A stretch of DNA of 61,329 nt, the filler included, from Asterionella formosa (Eukaryota): NCBI GenBank assembly GCA_002256025.1. It is 7 parts of 7 records of this genome, joined end to end, with 100 filler letters (N's around TTAATTAATTAA, not from the genome) between each part and the next. Parts side by side here need not be neighbours in the genome. Positions count along the whole stretch, not along the records: positions 8,797 to 17,476 come from NKIB01011812.1; positions 17,577 to 26,252 come from NKIB01011820.1; 5 more parts are not named here. One strand, 5' to 3'. This document shows positions 10,701-22,143 of this stretch, in pieces; position 1 is the first letter of the stretch, and each line of letters begins with the position of its first letter. Made by a program: the position numbers and the translations under genes. A model generated the notes under the pieces. That model saw only the letters and a program-made list of their open reading frames with translations. It did not search any database and was not told the origin of the DNA.

Positions 10701-13447
10701 AGTAGAAACGATAACCCTAACCCTTCTGTTGAAATATTTATTGAGCAAAAATGCTTGTTGTTTTGCCATGACAATGGCAATCACCGACCGTCGTTTTTCT
10801 TTGTTCATTGCTGTGATATCATGGATCCATCGCTGGTTCGAGCATTGTAAATGTTTGGACTAATAGAACGCGTCAATGGATCTGCGAGGGCACTCATTCG
10901 CATTGCGTTTTGAGCGATGCATATTAACATTGGTGTTGCAACAAGCGCCACCAACAAACAACTTCCTAATACTAAGCGAAATACACAGGAAAATTGTTCA
11001 CAAGTGAAGGAATGGACCAGTACAAGTATGATGAACCTCAAAACTAATGATAACAATTAATTAATAATGTACAGAAATAAGTGGAAAGCGAAGCTAGCTT
11101 GCTAAGTTCAATGATATAGCTCCAGTGCGAATCCTTTGTGGGGGAGCATTACAATGCTTGACTTTGCAAAAATTATATCCAAGTATGTATGGCAAATAAT
11201 GATGACCAAAATGCAATGCATTTGAGATACAATCACCCTGCTTCCTATTCTTTCCCCTGAANNNNNNNNNNNNNNNNNNNNNNNNNNNNNNNNNNNNNNN
11301 NNNNNNNNNNNNNNNNNNNNNNNNNNNNNNNNNNNNNNNNNNNNNNNNNNNNNNNNNNNNNNNNNNNNNNNNNNNNNNNNNNNNNNNNNNNNNNNNNNNN
11401 NNNNNNNNNNNNNNNNNNNNNNNNNNNNNNNNNNNNNNNNNNNNNNNNNNNNNNNNNNNNNNNNNNNNNNNNNNNNNNNNNNNNNNNNNNNNNNNNNNNN
11501 NNNNNNNNNNNNNNNNNNNNNNNNNNNNNNNNNNNNNNNNNNNNNNNNNNNNNNNNNNNNNNNNNNNNNNNNNNNNNNNNNNNNNNNNNNNNNNNNNNCA
11601 AATAGAATCGTAAATCAATTATTTTTATTACACTAATATTGACCACGAAAGCTGAAATCGCCGATGGCACAATTTCTAATTAATCTATAGCTGCACAATT
11701 CAAAACGACGCTGTTGCAAACAGATTTGACATTTTATCAGTTGCTGAAAAATGAATAAGACGAAGACTATAACAATGAGATGATTAGTTGAAGCAAAGGC
11801 TGCTATAATAATTAGTTATCAACTGAGAATTGATTGACTGTATCACCGGCAATTTGTTTAATCATGGATGCCGATATTGGCGCCGACAAATGCATGTGCT
11901 CTTCTTTGGCAGTTGATATCGAGGAAAAATGTGGTGATAGGAGTGGAAAATCGAAATGAGGGACTCTGTATTTAATTATGCGGTGAGCAGACCAGCATAA
12001 CATTGCCGTGAAGCGACGTATCTTATTTAGCCATAATACTGTGAAGGCTAGTTGGTAAAAAAATTGTTGCGAACTCACATAATTATTTGATAAGTAGAAT
12101 AAATTTTGGTTTGACCCAAATAAATTCCCAAAAAGTAGCATAATATTTTAGAAGAGTAGAATAAATACGTCACTTTAGACATAAATTCGTAAAAGTGCCG
12201 TAATTGGCGTCTTAGATGTAGTAGTACCACTGGAACTACTTTGACCTTCTATCACAGGTGATGATGTCCAATAAAATGCAAGTTCCGGTATATATAGCAC
12301 AAATCAGCATATTCTTCCCCAGTTAATCCGCGCTATCGGCCTTTGCTGGTTTGCAGGCGGAAACCTCATAGACCTTCATCATGTCCATGGAATTTCTTAT
12401 CCGTCTGATTATGCAATCACTCAAAAGTTTTTTGATGCGCTGAACTTGTGCAGCACTTTCAATTAAATTCCCTGTAACAATTAGTGATGAATAGATTTCT
12501 TGAAGAAATTGCGCATCAACTATTTCGCAGATGCGTTGGTGCTATACGTTTTTTGAATGACTTTTTGTTCTAATCCATGATTATATCTCAAAGGTCAACA
12601 CTCTTTAACCAATTCTTAATAAGCGTAACATTTATGTATCCGCCGACTTAAATGTTAGTGATATCTGTGGAATGGACATGTCTTTGGAGAAATCCGTCAG
12701 AAGGTCTGGTAAAACACGGTGTTTACTTAAACAAAATTCAGCTAAATATCTAGATTACGGGACCTTCCAACACGGGAAGGAGTACGAAGCTTTTAACATA
12801 CATAAACATGTGACATGCATTTATTAAAATAAGGCATGATGTACCGGTATTTTAGTCTTTGATCGCTCCCCCGGTACCAGGACCTGGTACCTGGTACCAG
12901 TACCCTTGTATAGCAATAGCATCGCATCGATTTTAACTGTATTTACCAGTAGATGGTACTAACTACAGTTGTGTGGTATGCGCGTACCAGGCCACTATAA
13001 TTACGACTTAATACCAGTAGGTGCGCAGAAACTCGCCTCGCAACGGTTTATACCGATTTCGCTTACGTAGAAATTTTTGAATGCAAAACTGTGCGTTCTA
13101 ACACATCGATTTGCTCTTCCAGTCGTCGCTCGGGCCGATACGAGCACGAAGCGGCAAGGAGATCAATATAAAATGGAATTCATTTATTATACATCGTGAC
13201 AAAGTAAAAATAAAATAAAAATCCAATAAAGCAAAAGTTAAAACCAAGCCAATAAGCAACAAAACATCAACACAGCCAAATCCAGTGCCAATTATTATTA
13301 CACACTTGTATACATATGAGTGTGTCTCCGAGAAACATCTACTCTACCCGGTAGGCTACCGGTACTTTGGCGCCTTTCAATCAACCAAATTCATTCCATT
13401 GCCAGTTTACAACTAGACGGGATTAATGACCAACCGCCCTATTCAAT

Positions 13448-16400
13448 ATGGATGAACAACGCGAGAACCTATATTCACGTGGAGACGACAATGGACGAAA
13501 CAGCGACCGCCGCTGTCAGGACGAGTCGCATCCACATGTTGGGCCACGCAAGTCAACAACGGACGTTGTTCGTCAACCAAATTATTTGCACCAAGACACT
13601 CTCGTCGCACTATCGGTCTACCTGTCAACTAGTTACGACAAACTCTATGAGGACGAGTTGGTCGATTACATGGTGCAAATTGACAAAATAGCTGCCGAAA
13701 GGATACGGAATTCTGAATTCTTGCACGATTCCGAAGAGGAGGAAGGTGTCGAAGATGTATATCAACAAGAGGAGGATTTTGCTTTGACACAAGATTTCTT
13801 CAAGAAAGCAGTGACGGCGGCGCAAGTGTCTGGTCCTCTGGACAAGCGAACACTCAACTGGATTAGGAAAGAAATGGAGTTGAAAAGGCGTAGATTTGAA
13901 GCATTTACCAATAGAGCACCGAAATCAAGGGATCAAACTGACGAATCTGAAGATTCGGGAGACCTCCCGAGAAAACGAATGACACGGACGTATGCTAGGA
14001 ATGCGAGAGTTAAAAAGAGAGAAGAGCGCTCGGCAAAAGATAATCAGGGGCTAAAGGACTTGTTGTCAGCAGTACAAGAGCTTGAAGTGAATTTCGCCAA
14101 ATCACTTGGTACTATTTCTGATGATACGGCACCAAGAGTAAGTTTATTCGGCAACTTGGTTTATGGTATTTGTCTCGTTCCTTTGCAAACTCATTTTTCA
14201 ATCCTGAAACAAAAGAATGGAAGCACAAGACTAATGGAAGCAAAATTTGTTGACTACGATTTGTCAGCAGATATAGAGGTGCAAAAGAAGAAATCGAAAT
14301 CAAATGAGAAGCCGATTTCATCGAATGGAACCAAGCATTTGGTATCAGATTCAACGAAAGGACGAAAAGATGTTGGACCTGTTGCACGCAAAAGAAAGGA
14401 TCCGACCCATATCAAGGACACAAAGATCATGAATGAAAACACCAATGTCAATGCACTAACTACACCCAAACGAAGGAGACGGGCTATGAATGGTGACATC
14501 TCGCCAAGCAAGAAGGGTCAGACAGAATATCTGGTATCGCCGAAAACTCCATCGTTTCGTTCGCCTGCGAGCATACCGAAGATTTCGAAAATAATCAAGA
14601 TGCCAAAGAATGAGAAGATCCGGACGCCATCAAAACGAGATGCCGATACTCCCATTTCCCTTAGTTTGCTGGAATGGAGACGGCGGCACCAGTGGACGCC
14701 GTCGAAGGAACAGAGAACAGCATCAGAAAATCTAAAATCAGATTGTTTTGACGAGGATGACGATATCGACGAGATTCGACCTAGAATGTTGGATGAAGAA
14801 GTTGCTGAGATAACAATTCCAGTTACATACAAGGATGAAGGCATTGACCTTCACCTTCCAACATGGGAAGTGTGTAACCCGGTGGGACAAATTGCTTTTG
14901 GCGAGCCACCAGTGATGGAACCAAGCAGGCTGGTGTATACTGACGACAAGTATGCTGCTTGGTGTACAGAAATGATCCACTCTTTAACAGGTTGTGCAAG
15001 AAATTGGGCTCGATACGAATTTTTTTACAGTGACCTTGATCGCCCCTGGTTTAATTTCAATGAATTTCAAGTCAATTTGGCAAAACATGGTATTTCACCC
15101 AATGTAAAATTGTCTAGACGAGAGTGGAGTGAAGTTCGAAAGGTGATTTGGGGTAAACCTAGACGTTTTTCAAGGAAGTTCGTTCAGGACGAACTGGACA
15201 AATTAAACAGCTATCGCAATCTTGTTCGATTAATACAGCACTCAGACATGCCAAAGCCGCTTTCATTCGGATATGAAGTTTACGCTGCTATCAAGGTTGG
15301 ACATGTTGTGACGGCCTTCAATCGACGCTTTCGCATTTTACAGCGCGGAACGGTACTGATGTATGATCTCACTAGAAAGATGTATATGATTCAATTTGAG
15401 CACAACGAAGTTGGGTTTGAGTTTGTCCCAGATTTTGATGTTGCTGCTCATGGAGTACCGGAACTGATTCATGAAGCGTCTGAAGTTGCACTGGACGAAA
15501 CATTGATTGGCAGTTTTGCCGACCGTAACAATGGGGTCGGTTCTATGCTTTGTGGTACACTCTATGGACGAAATTCGTCGCATAGTGTTCGTCAGAACTC
15601 ATTGGTGATGTACCCGTCAAATCAAGGAGACAATACCTTCCTTAAGGCAAACGATAATTGCGTTGCATCTTTGCAACATGAAAATACATATCTGCGACCC
15701 TTTTTGAACTCTGCTTTGGTTGAAAAGGTTTCGGAAAGAGAAATTGTCACCAAGCTTATTGAATTCATTGACCTGGCCACGAAGCGCAAGCTAGTCTTAC
15801 TGGAGGCGCTTGATGCCCTGAATCAACAGGTGTCTGGTGATTATTCCACAGATCAATTGGGCTATAGCAACTTAAATTCTGAATTTCAGCAACACTATGC
15901 GTGGCTGATGGCAAACTACGAAGTGACAACTGAATGTTTGGAATCGCTGATGGTTTATTTACAAGTGATGTATGGACGAGGCTATGCCGGAAGGGGAGGG
16001 GTCTTGTATAATTTGCCGAATAATCGAGCGGCTCTGGATACCGCCTTGTTGAAAGTGAATATTAACCAACCATTGGATCCTTATTTGAGCGCCCCGTGGA
16101 TCCGAGCGCTATCTAAAGCCACGAGCTCAGCTGCATGTATGCTCCCTACCGTTGAGAATGGTTCCGCTCCTCGGTTGAGTTATCTCGAAAAGCAACGACT
16201 TGAAGTTGAAAAGTCACGACAGCAACTTGCTGCTCAGTTCTTGATGGCAACCAATTACACAACTGACCTTGCCAGCGATTTACGGTTTGGTACATCTGTT
16301 GGTACAAATGTTGCTGCCACATTGGCTTTAAAGGACCAACACGATCAGTTGACGGCAATCCAAATCCCGTTCTACACGGGCACCAGTGATGCTCTCCATG

Positions 16401-16534
16401 CAGTGAACGACAGACGCACTGCGGCAATCAAGGAATTGGGAGATGCCATAGAGTCATTACACTCTGAAATTGCAGCGAAACACGCTGTAGCTTGTCAAGA
16501 GACCCAACAAAAATGTACCTTCGCCGCCACCTAA
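13448..16534 (+). CDS. LIN9: LIN-9/ALWAYS EARLY-like DIRP-domain protein (DREAM/MuvB subunit)
   Basis: 1028-aa ORF with WARYEFFYSDLDRPWF..LSRREWSEVRKVIWGKPRRFSRKFVQDELDKLNSYRNLVR (DIRP), a Tudor-like segment after it, and an FQQHYAWL helical motif. Possible in-frame intron 14138-14215. Confidence 0.88.
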   Translation: MDEQRENLYSRGDDNGRNSDRRCQDESHPHVGPRKSTTDVVRQPNYLHQDTLVALSVYLSTSYDKLYEDELVDYMVQIDKIAAERIRNSEFLHDSEEEEGVEDVYQQEEDFALTQDFFKKAVTAAQVSGPLDKRTLNWIRKEMELKRRRFEAFTNRAPKSRDQTDESEDSGDLPRKRMTRTYARNARVKKREERSAKDNQGLKDLLSAVQELEVNFAKSLGTISDDTAPRVSLFGNLVYGICLVPLQTHFSILKQKNGSTRLMEAKFVDYDLSADIEVQKKKSKSNEKPISSNGTKHLVSDSTKGRKDVGPVARKRKDPTHIKDTKIMNENTNVNALTTPKRRRRAMNGDISPSKKGQTEYLVSPKTPSFRSPASIPKISKIIKMPKNEKIRTPSKRDADTPISLSLLEWRRRHQWTPSKEQRTASENLKSDCFDEDDDIDEIRPRMLDEEVAEITIPVTYKDEGIDLHLPTWEVCNPVGQIAFGEPPVMEPSRLVYTDDKYAAWCTEMIHSLTGCARNWARYEFFYSDLDRPWFNFNEFQVNLAKHGISPNVKLSRREWSEVRKVIWGKPRRFSRKFVQDELDKLNSYRNLVRLIQHSDMPKPLSFGYEVYAAIKVGHVVTAFNRRFRILQRGTVLMYDLTRKMYMIQFEHNEVGFEFVPDFDVAAHGVPELIHEASEVALDETLIGSFADRNNGVGSMLCGTLYGRNSSHSVRQNSLVMYPSNQGDNTFLKANDNCVASLQHENTYLRPFLNSALVEKVSEREIVTKLIEFIDLATKRKLVLLEALDALNQQVSGDYSTDQLGYSNLNSEFQQHYAWLMANYEVTTECLESLMVYLQVMYGRGYAGRGGVLYNLPNNRAALDTALLKVNINQPLDPYLSAPWIRALSKATSSAACMLPTVENGSAPRLSYLEKQRLEVEKSRQQLAAQFLMATNYTTDLASDLRFGTSVGTNVAATLALKDQHDQLTAIQIPFYTGTSDALHAVNDRRTAAIKELGDAIESLHSEIAAKHAVACQETQQKCTFAAT

Positions 16535-16581
16535 TTTACTAAACTCATCGTTCCCTCATTGTTCGCCTTTTTTTTAGTACT

Positions 16582-17476
16582 TTACTTGCTGTCTTTATCA
16601 TTTCCGATTACTGCCAAACGTTGCTTAGTTACCTCGTATGCAACGAAAAAGATGACCACGCTTGGAGCAATATAGGTGACTCTTGGGATCATTCCAGCAC
16701 AAAAGCCAGCCAATCCTTCATCTCGCCAAATCTTGCTCGCACAAGACAAGACAGTCCCGCCATATGCTCCACTATCTGTCATTAAAATTGTCTTGATCCG
16801 ATCCAATGGCGTTGTAATAGCTGCTGAAAATGTGCCAGCAATTGCACCACATGCAGCTGCATCAATAGCCGACAACTCCACATTGGAACTACTGTGCCCT
16901 TTAGCTTCCAGTCGCCGCTTCTTCACACGTAAGTAGAGATTCTTGGTAAGTTCAAAAGTTGTCAATTGCGCCACTCGAAATGGTACATCTCTAGCGACAC
17001 CACCCCAGTACCCTTGGTACAGGCCTGAAATGCCCTTTTTTTCCCAAATGGACGAGACCGCTTGTGTGGTGGACGAATACATGCCAGCTTGCATCTGTTG
17101 TTTCACCACTTCAGACGGGCACAGCCAACCCGATCCTGTCAGATCACCAAGAATGGCTGCAAAGGCGTAAAGAAAAACGGGCTTAACATTAGGGAATCGT
17201 TCCAAAAGCGACTTTTTGTACATTTCATAGGATCCAAAAGTTAAGACACTGCATTTTGAAGGGAGAACAAGGTGAGTCCGGATGAAAAAGCTCTAGAAAT
17301 CAAGATTTGATCGCGCGTGTCGCCCAACCATCAACGTGTCATTCTCCTCTGAAGCTTCCAATCCTCGTTTCTGGTATAGGCACTCACCCATATGGTACTT
17401 GTCCCATCAAGCTCCCTGCAACACCCTTGTACAATCCGTTCAATCTCAACGGATTGGGCAAGCCCATTTGAATCCT
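16582..17476 (-). CDS. Mitochondrial carrier family (SLC25) protein, S-adenosylmethionine-carrier-like; 5' end lost at linker
   Basis: Exons 17476-17388 and 17248-16582, intron 17387-17249 (GTGAGT..CAG), joining GLYKGVAGSLMGQVPYG/VLTFGSYEM. Carrier signatures PSEVVKQQMQ and PLDRIKT, plus RDVPF. Confidence 0.9.
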
Positions 17477-17576
17477 NNNNNNNNNNNNNNNNNNNNNNNN
17501 NNNNNNNNNNNNNNNNNNNNTTAATTAATTAANNNNNNNNNNNNNNNNNNNNNNNNNNNNNNNNNNNNNNNNNNNN
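17477..17576. other. Artificial scaffold linker
   Basis: N run + TTAATTAATTAA + N run, 100 bp. Confidence 0.97.
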
Positions 17577-18533
17577 GGAGAACAATGCATTGAAGGCCAT
17601 ACCCGATTCCAATTCCAACCGAAATCAAGAAGATAGTATCTTTTGATCATAATTCACCCATTGCGAACATCGATCCGTATTTCGAATCTGTTCTTCAAGA
17701 TGAGATGTGGATCAAACAAGTGAAGATGGACCAGATGGCGGCACAGTTTGTTGCTCATGGCCTTAATCATGAGTCTTCCATTCTCATTGACTAGCCATTG
17801 GCGAGCACATTTGTATGCTGCAGAATTAGAGCCGCAACATCACTAATGAGGAAGTAGCTTCATTTCATTCAGGAAATAGTAGCACCACATGAACCTTGAA
17901 AAGCAGGGGGTTCGAAATAACAATCATAACTTTGCTTAATAACATTGTACTATCCCATTGTTTTAAGAAATCTCTTTATCGGCAACATCAGAGGCACTAC
18001 ATAGGACAGCCTTACCCCATTGCCACACGTATACTTTCCACAAAGTGACCGCTATATTTATATAGCTTATATATACATAGTGTAGCTTGTCCCACACATA
18101 TGTTCTTGCCACTCCAAAGAAGTGAAATATATTTATGAGGGTACCAGAACCATTATTCAATCAATAGCTGATTCCAATGTTGTACAGAAACAATGGTTGT
18201 CGAAATGAGTCCAATGATGTTGATAAACTTCTCCTTTATTGGGGGGGGTGGGGGGGTTTAAAATGATCCCTGTATTTTTACTAATATTGTTGGTGCTGGT
18301 ATTGATACAGAAGAAAAGAGGAACAAGCTTCTGTGCACCATTACGGCCACATTTGAGAAGCATCGCCAAAATTAGGAAACTTTTTTCCTGACAAGCCGAT
18401 GGAATTAGTCATACCTGTCATTCCAAATAAAGATCACCGACGTCGTGTATTCTCCGTTTATGCATTGACACAGACGAGTGAAAACGAAATAGTTGATGCC
18501 AGTTCATCTTCTCCCAATACCATTCTAAGAAGG

Positions 18534-18640
18534 AAAGATTGTGGGGCTTGTATGCCCATTGTAGATCTTGTTTCTACTTCCTCAGAAGTAAAGATTGTGT
18601 TGCTTGTATGCCCATGGTAGATCTTGTTTCTACTTCCTCA
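18534..18640. repeat. 56-bp tandem duplication
   Basis: AAAGATTGTG..GCTTGTATGCCCAT.GTAGATCTTGTTTCTACTTCCTCAG at 18534 and 18590. Confidence 0.85.
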
Positions 18641-21234
18641 GTGCGTCTAATTGAGTCTATCAAATCTGATAGACTAAATATAAAATCTCCCCCTTCCAAA
18701 GCAAAAGCAAAATGTAAATTAAAGGCAACTACAGACATGGTTGCCAATCCGGAAGAAGCAGTCCATGACTTGTCACCAAAGAGTTCCGAAATTGTAGGAG
18801 TGATTGGAAAAGGAAATTTAAAAAACAGGTCGAGGAGGAAAGTGATTTGTCCCATTTATCTAGTAAGGAGTTCGAAATATTGAAACAGGACATGGTCTCC
18901 AGTCTTCTGGATGTAGTTCATGGGTGCATTTGGTGGCATATTGTTGTCTTACTGATGTGGTCTAAAATCTCGAAGAAAGTGAGTTTTCCATAAATCATCG
19001 CTGGTCCTTTATGATTCCAAAATTTCCTTGAAGTTTCAAATGATGTTTTGTTAAACAAGCCAGACTCTAGGACCACCTAGAATTTGTTGAGAAAACAAAA
19101 TCCATGACACTTTCATCTAGTCTTGTCATCTCCTTGCCTTTGTCATCATGATCAAAGTATCTAACCAGTAAGAGTCATTCCTTACTCTTCTGTTGTCTCA
19201 TGAACAGACATAAAATATGCCATAGAAACACGTTTTCCCTGATTGAAAAATCTGCGATCGGTATCCCCTTCACAACCAAGATCGTTCCATTCCTTGTAGC
19301 ACTCGGCCGGAACATTTGCCATTCCAGATAACAAGTGATATATGGCGCNNNNNNNNNNNNNNNNNNNNNNNNNNNNNNNNNNNNNNNNNNNNNNNNNNNN
19401 NNNNNNNNNNNNNNNNNNNNNNNNNNNNNNNNNNNNNNNNNNNNNNNNNNNNNNNNNNNNNNNNNNNNNNNNNNNNNNNNNNNNNNNNNNNNNNNNNNNN
19501 NNNNNNNNNNNNNNNNNNNNNNNNNNNNNNNNNNNNNNNNNNNNNNNNNNNNNNNNNNNNNNNNNNNNNNNNNNNNNNNNNNNNNNNNNNNNNNNNNNNN
19601 NNNNNNNNNNNNNNNNNNNNNNNNNNNNNNNNNNNNNNNNNNNNNNNNNNNNNNNNNNNNNNNNNNNNNNNNNNNNNNNNNNNNNNNNNNNNNNNNNNNN
19701 NNNNNNNNNNNNNNNNNNNNNNNNNNNNNNNNNNNNNNNNNNNNNNNNNNNNNNNNNNNNNNNNNNNNNNNNNNNNNNNNNNNNGGAATAGGTACAGTTT
19801 CACAGTACTGGGTATTCGAATTCCTGTGAAGTCTTGTATATTTAATCTAATCATACATACTGGTAGGGTATTAAATGTTCCTTCGAAAAAGTTACTAGAC
19901 ATACAGAGATGTGTGTTATACACACTTTTTGAAGAAGAGGAAATGTTGAGATATTGTTAAAAAATTCATGCCAGTAGTGCATTCTATTCCACATAACAAA
20001 CTGATGAGGGAATGGTGATAGAGAGCCTTCTACCAGCATCAAACCAACCGGTGGGAAGAGGTAAGTTTTATGATTGTTTTGCTTCTCAACTGTGGCTGGC
20101 TACCAAGGGGCTTATGATTGGTACTGTGTGAGACCGGAAGCAAACTATAAAATTGTATCGCTGTTCATGTGCGCTGCTACCACTCAAAGTTTCTACACTT
20201 CCTCAGGACGAACGATAAAAAATCAACCTAATTACGAGGTAAGAAACCGCACTTTATAACTTTGTGCACAATGCTGCAGAGGGTTGTGTCCAATAATTTG
20301 AATTTCGACATTAATAACATCTTTCCCTTCCACATATGCAGATGTGAGGGTTAACAACGCTACCTGTCACCCTTCAATCAACAGTGAGAGCATAGGTAAG
20401 ATACTATACTCTCATTCTCTTTATGTCGATTAGAACGACGTGAAGTTACTATAAAGATTGTTTATGTCATCAGTTAGTGGCACATGTGTGGCTGGAGATG
20501 CTTTAATTGTTGCAACACTTTTGCTAACATTGATATTATCTCCTCAGAATCATACAGGAACCTTTGAGGATGTGGCTTGCTACCATTCTTAATGGAAGCA
20601 ACAATCAACAATGAGAGCACAAGTAAGTTATATGCACATTGCCTGCTCATACGGAAATTGGAGTGATGGATTGTTCATGTGATCGTTTCTTTGCACCTAT
20701 CTTCGTTTAGATGCCTTGCTTACTTGATGCAACAGTTTTGCTAACATTGTTGTTATTATCTCTTACAGGAAAGTCGTACAAGGAGAACATTGGAGAATGT
20801 GACTTGCTGCCATTTGCAATGGTAGAGGTTCGAATAAAGCATCATCATTTTTGTTTACTCTCTCATTTCATTTTGAATTGGCAATGATCTAAACATAGCT
20901 AGCTACTGGAAGTGAAAATTAAGGTATTGAAGACCACTGTGTGCTCATTCTGATAGAGGATACACAGTGGAAAGTATGGGTGACCAGAAGTAGAATATTT
21001 GAGTATTAGCTAAATAGCAATCCATTTAATTCGATTTGTGTTCATCATTGATCAAACATGATAATAGGTTTGATCAATGAGAGAAATAACTTAGATCAGT
21101 AGTAATGAACGTTAGATCCAGAGATAAAAATTCTATTTGATATTAGCATTCCAAAGGTTAGACTGAATGAATAACTGATTTGATCTCACAATTACTATCT
21201 TTAGATCGAACTCCAAAACGTTAGTTGATATAAA

Positions 21235-21338
21235 TCCGTTTTTTTGTATGATCAAACAGTATTTCTGTATGATCAATCAGTTTTTTTGTATGATCAATCA
21301 AAAAATAATACGTCATACTGAGAATTTTCGGGGCAGTG
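21235..21338. mobile_element. Possible CACTA/CACTG-type transposon end with subterminal repeats
   Basis: Three tandem ~20-bp TTTTTGTATGATCAA(A/T)CA units followed by ...TTTTCGGGGCAGTG; partner end not seen. Confidence 0.4.
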
Positions 21339-22143
21339 GGTCTTACAGCAAAACTGTTAGGCCTAACGGTTTTTTATTTACAGACGGCTGTTTCTTAAAT
21401 TAATAAGCTTACTCTGAACCTAGTCTCAATCCCATTCATAGGTCCTGTTGTTCCGCATGTAAAAACAAACTCAACTCAAACTGGTAAACATTGTTTCCAT
21501 TCAAGTGGGCATGAGTGTGATTATTTAATAGCTTAAATATCATACTGCAAAATTTAATTAACATTTTAAAAATCTAAAGAATGAATGCTATCATGTGTGA
21601 ACAAATTCACCATAGATGTTATGTTGCCGGCATGAGCAACAATCTAGACCACTAGAAATGCTCCTTTTATTTGGCTATGGTCAGCATCTAATCAACCAAA
21701 TACTACCTGATATTTGGTCCAAACAAGGATCATTCTAGATGTGGTGGCTTTTTTTTGCTTTTTTGACCAACATGATGCATCATGATATGAAATGACCTGC
21801 AACTTCAATTGGCTTGAAATTTTGTCAATGCAGTGATGATGCTCTAACAGAACTCTGATGTGATCCCATCACTCTACATTGTTTGGTCCACAAATCATCT
21901 GAAAAATGATGCTGGTACTCTGACTTCTTAAACAATTTATTTAGCTATGGATGATAATGAATTGTAAAGGTACTAGGACAGTCTGCATCAATGTATCTCT
22001 TGCCATGAGCATGCATTTTGATCACCAGTTTTTCACGTTCCTATCATTCAAACTTGGTGTTGTTTGTATCCACAGTTATTCTCATTTTTCTGTTGCTACT
22101 TGAAATTCCTTATTTTAACCTTCATGCAATTTTTGTTGTTCCC

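Noticed and set aside
10712..10725. TAACCCTAACCCT as a telomere
   Set aside because: Only two units, internal to a scaffold.
17577..19348. Decayed coding-like sequence on both strands
   Set aside because: No motif I can assign; many stops.
11094..19960. ORFs spanning N runs (11094-11670, 17336-17524, 19270-19960)
   Set aside because: Artefacts of translating assembly gaps.
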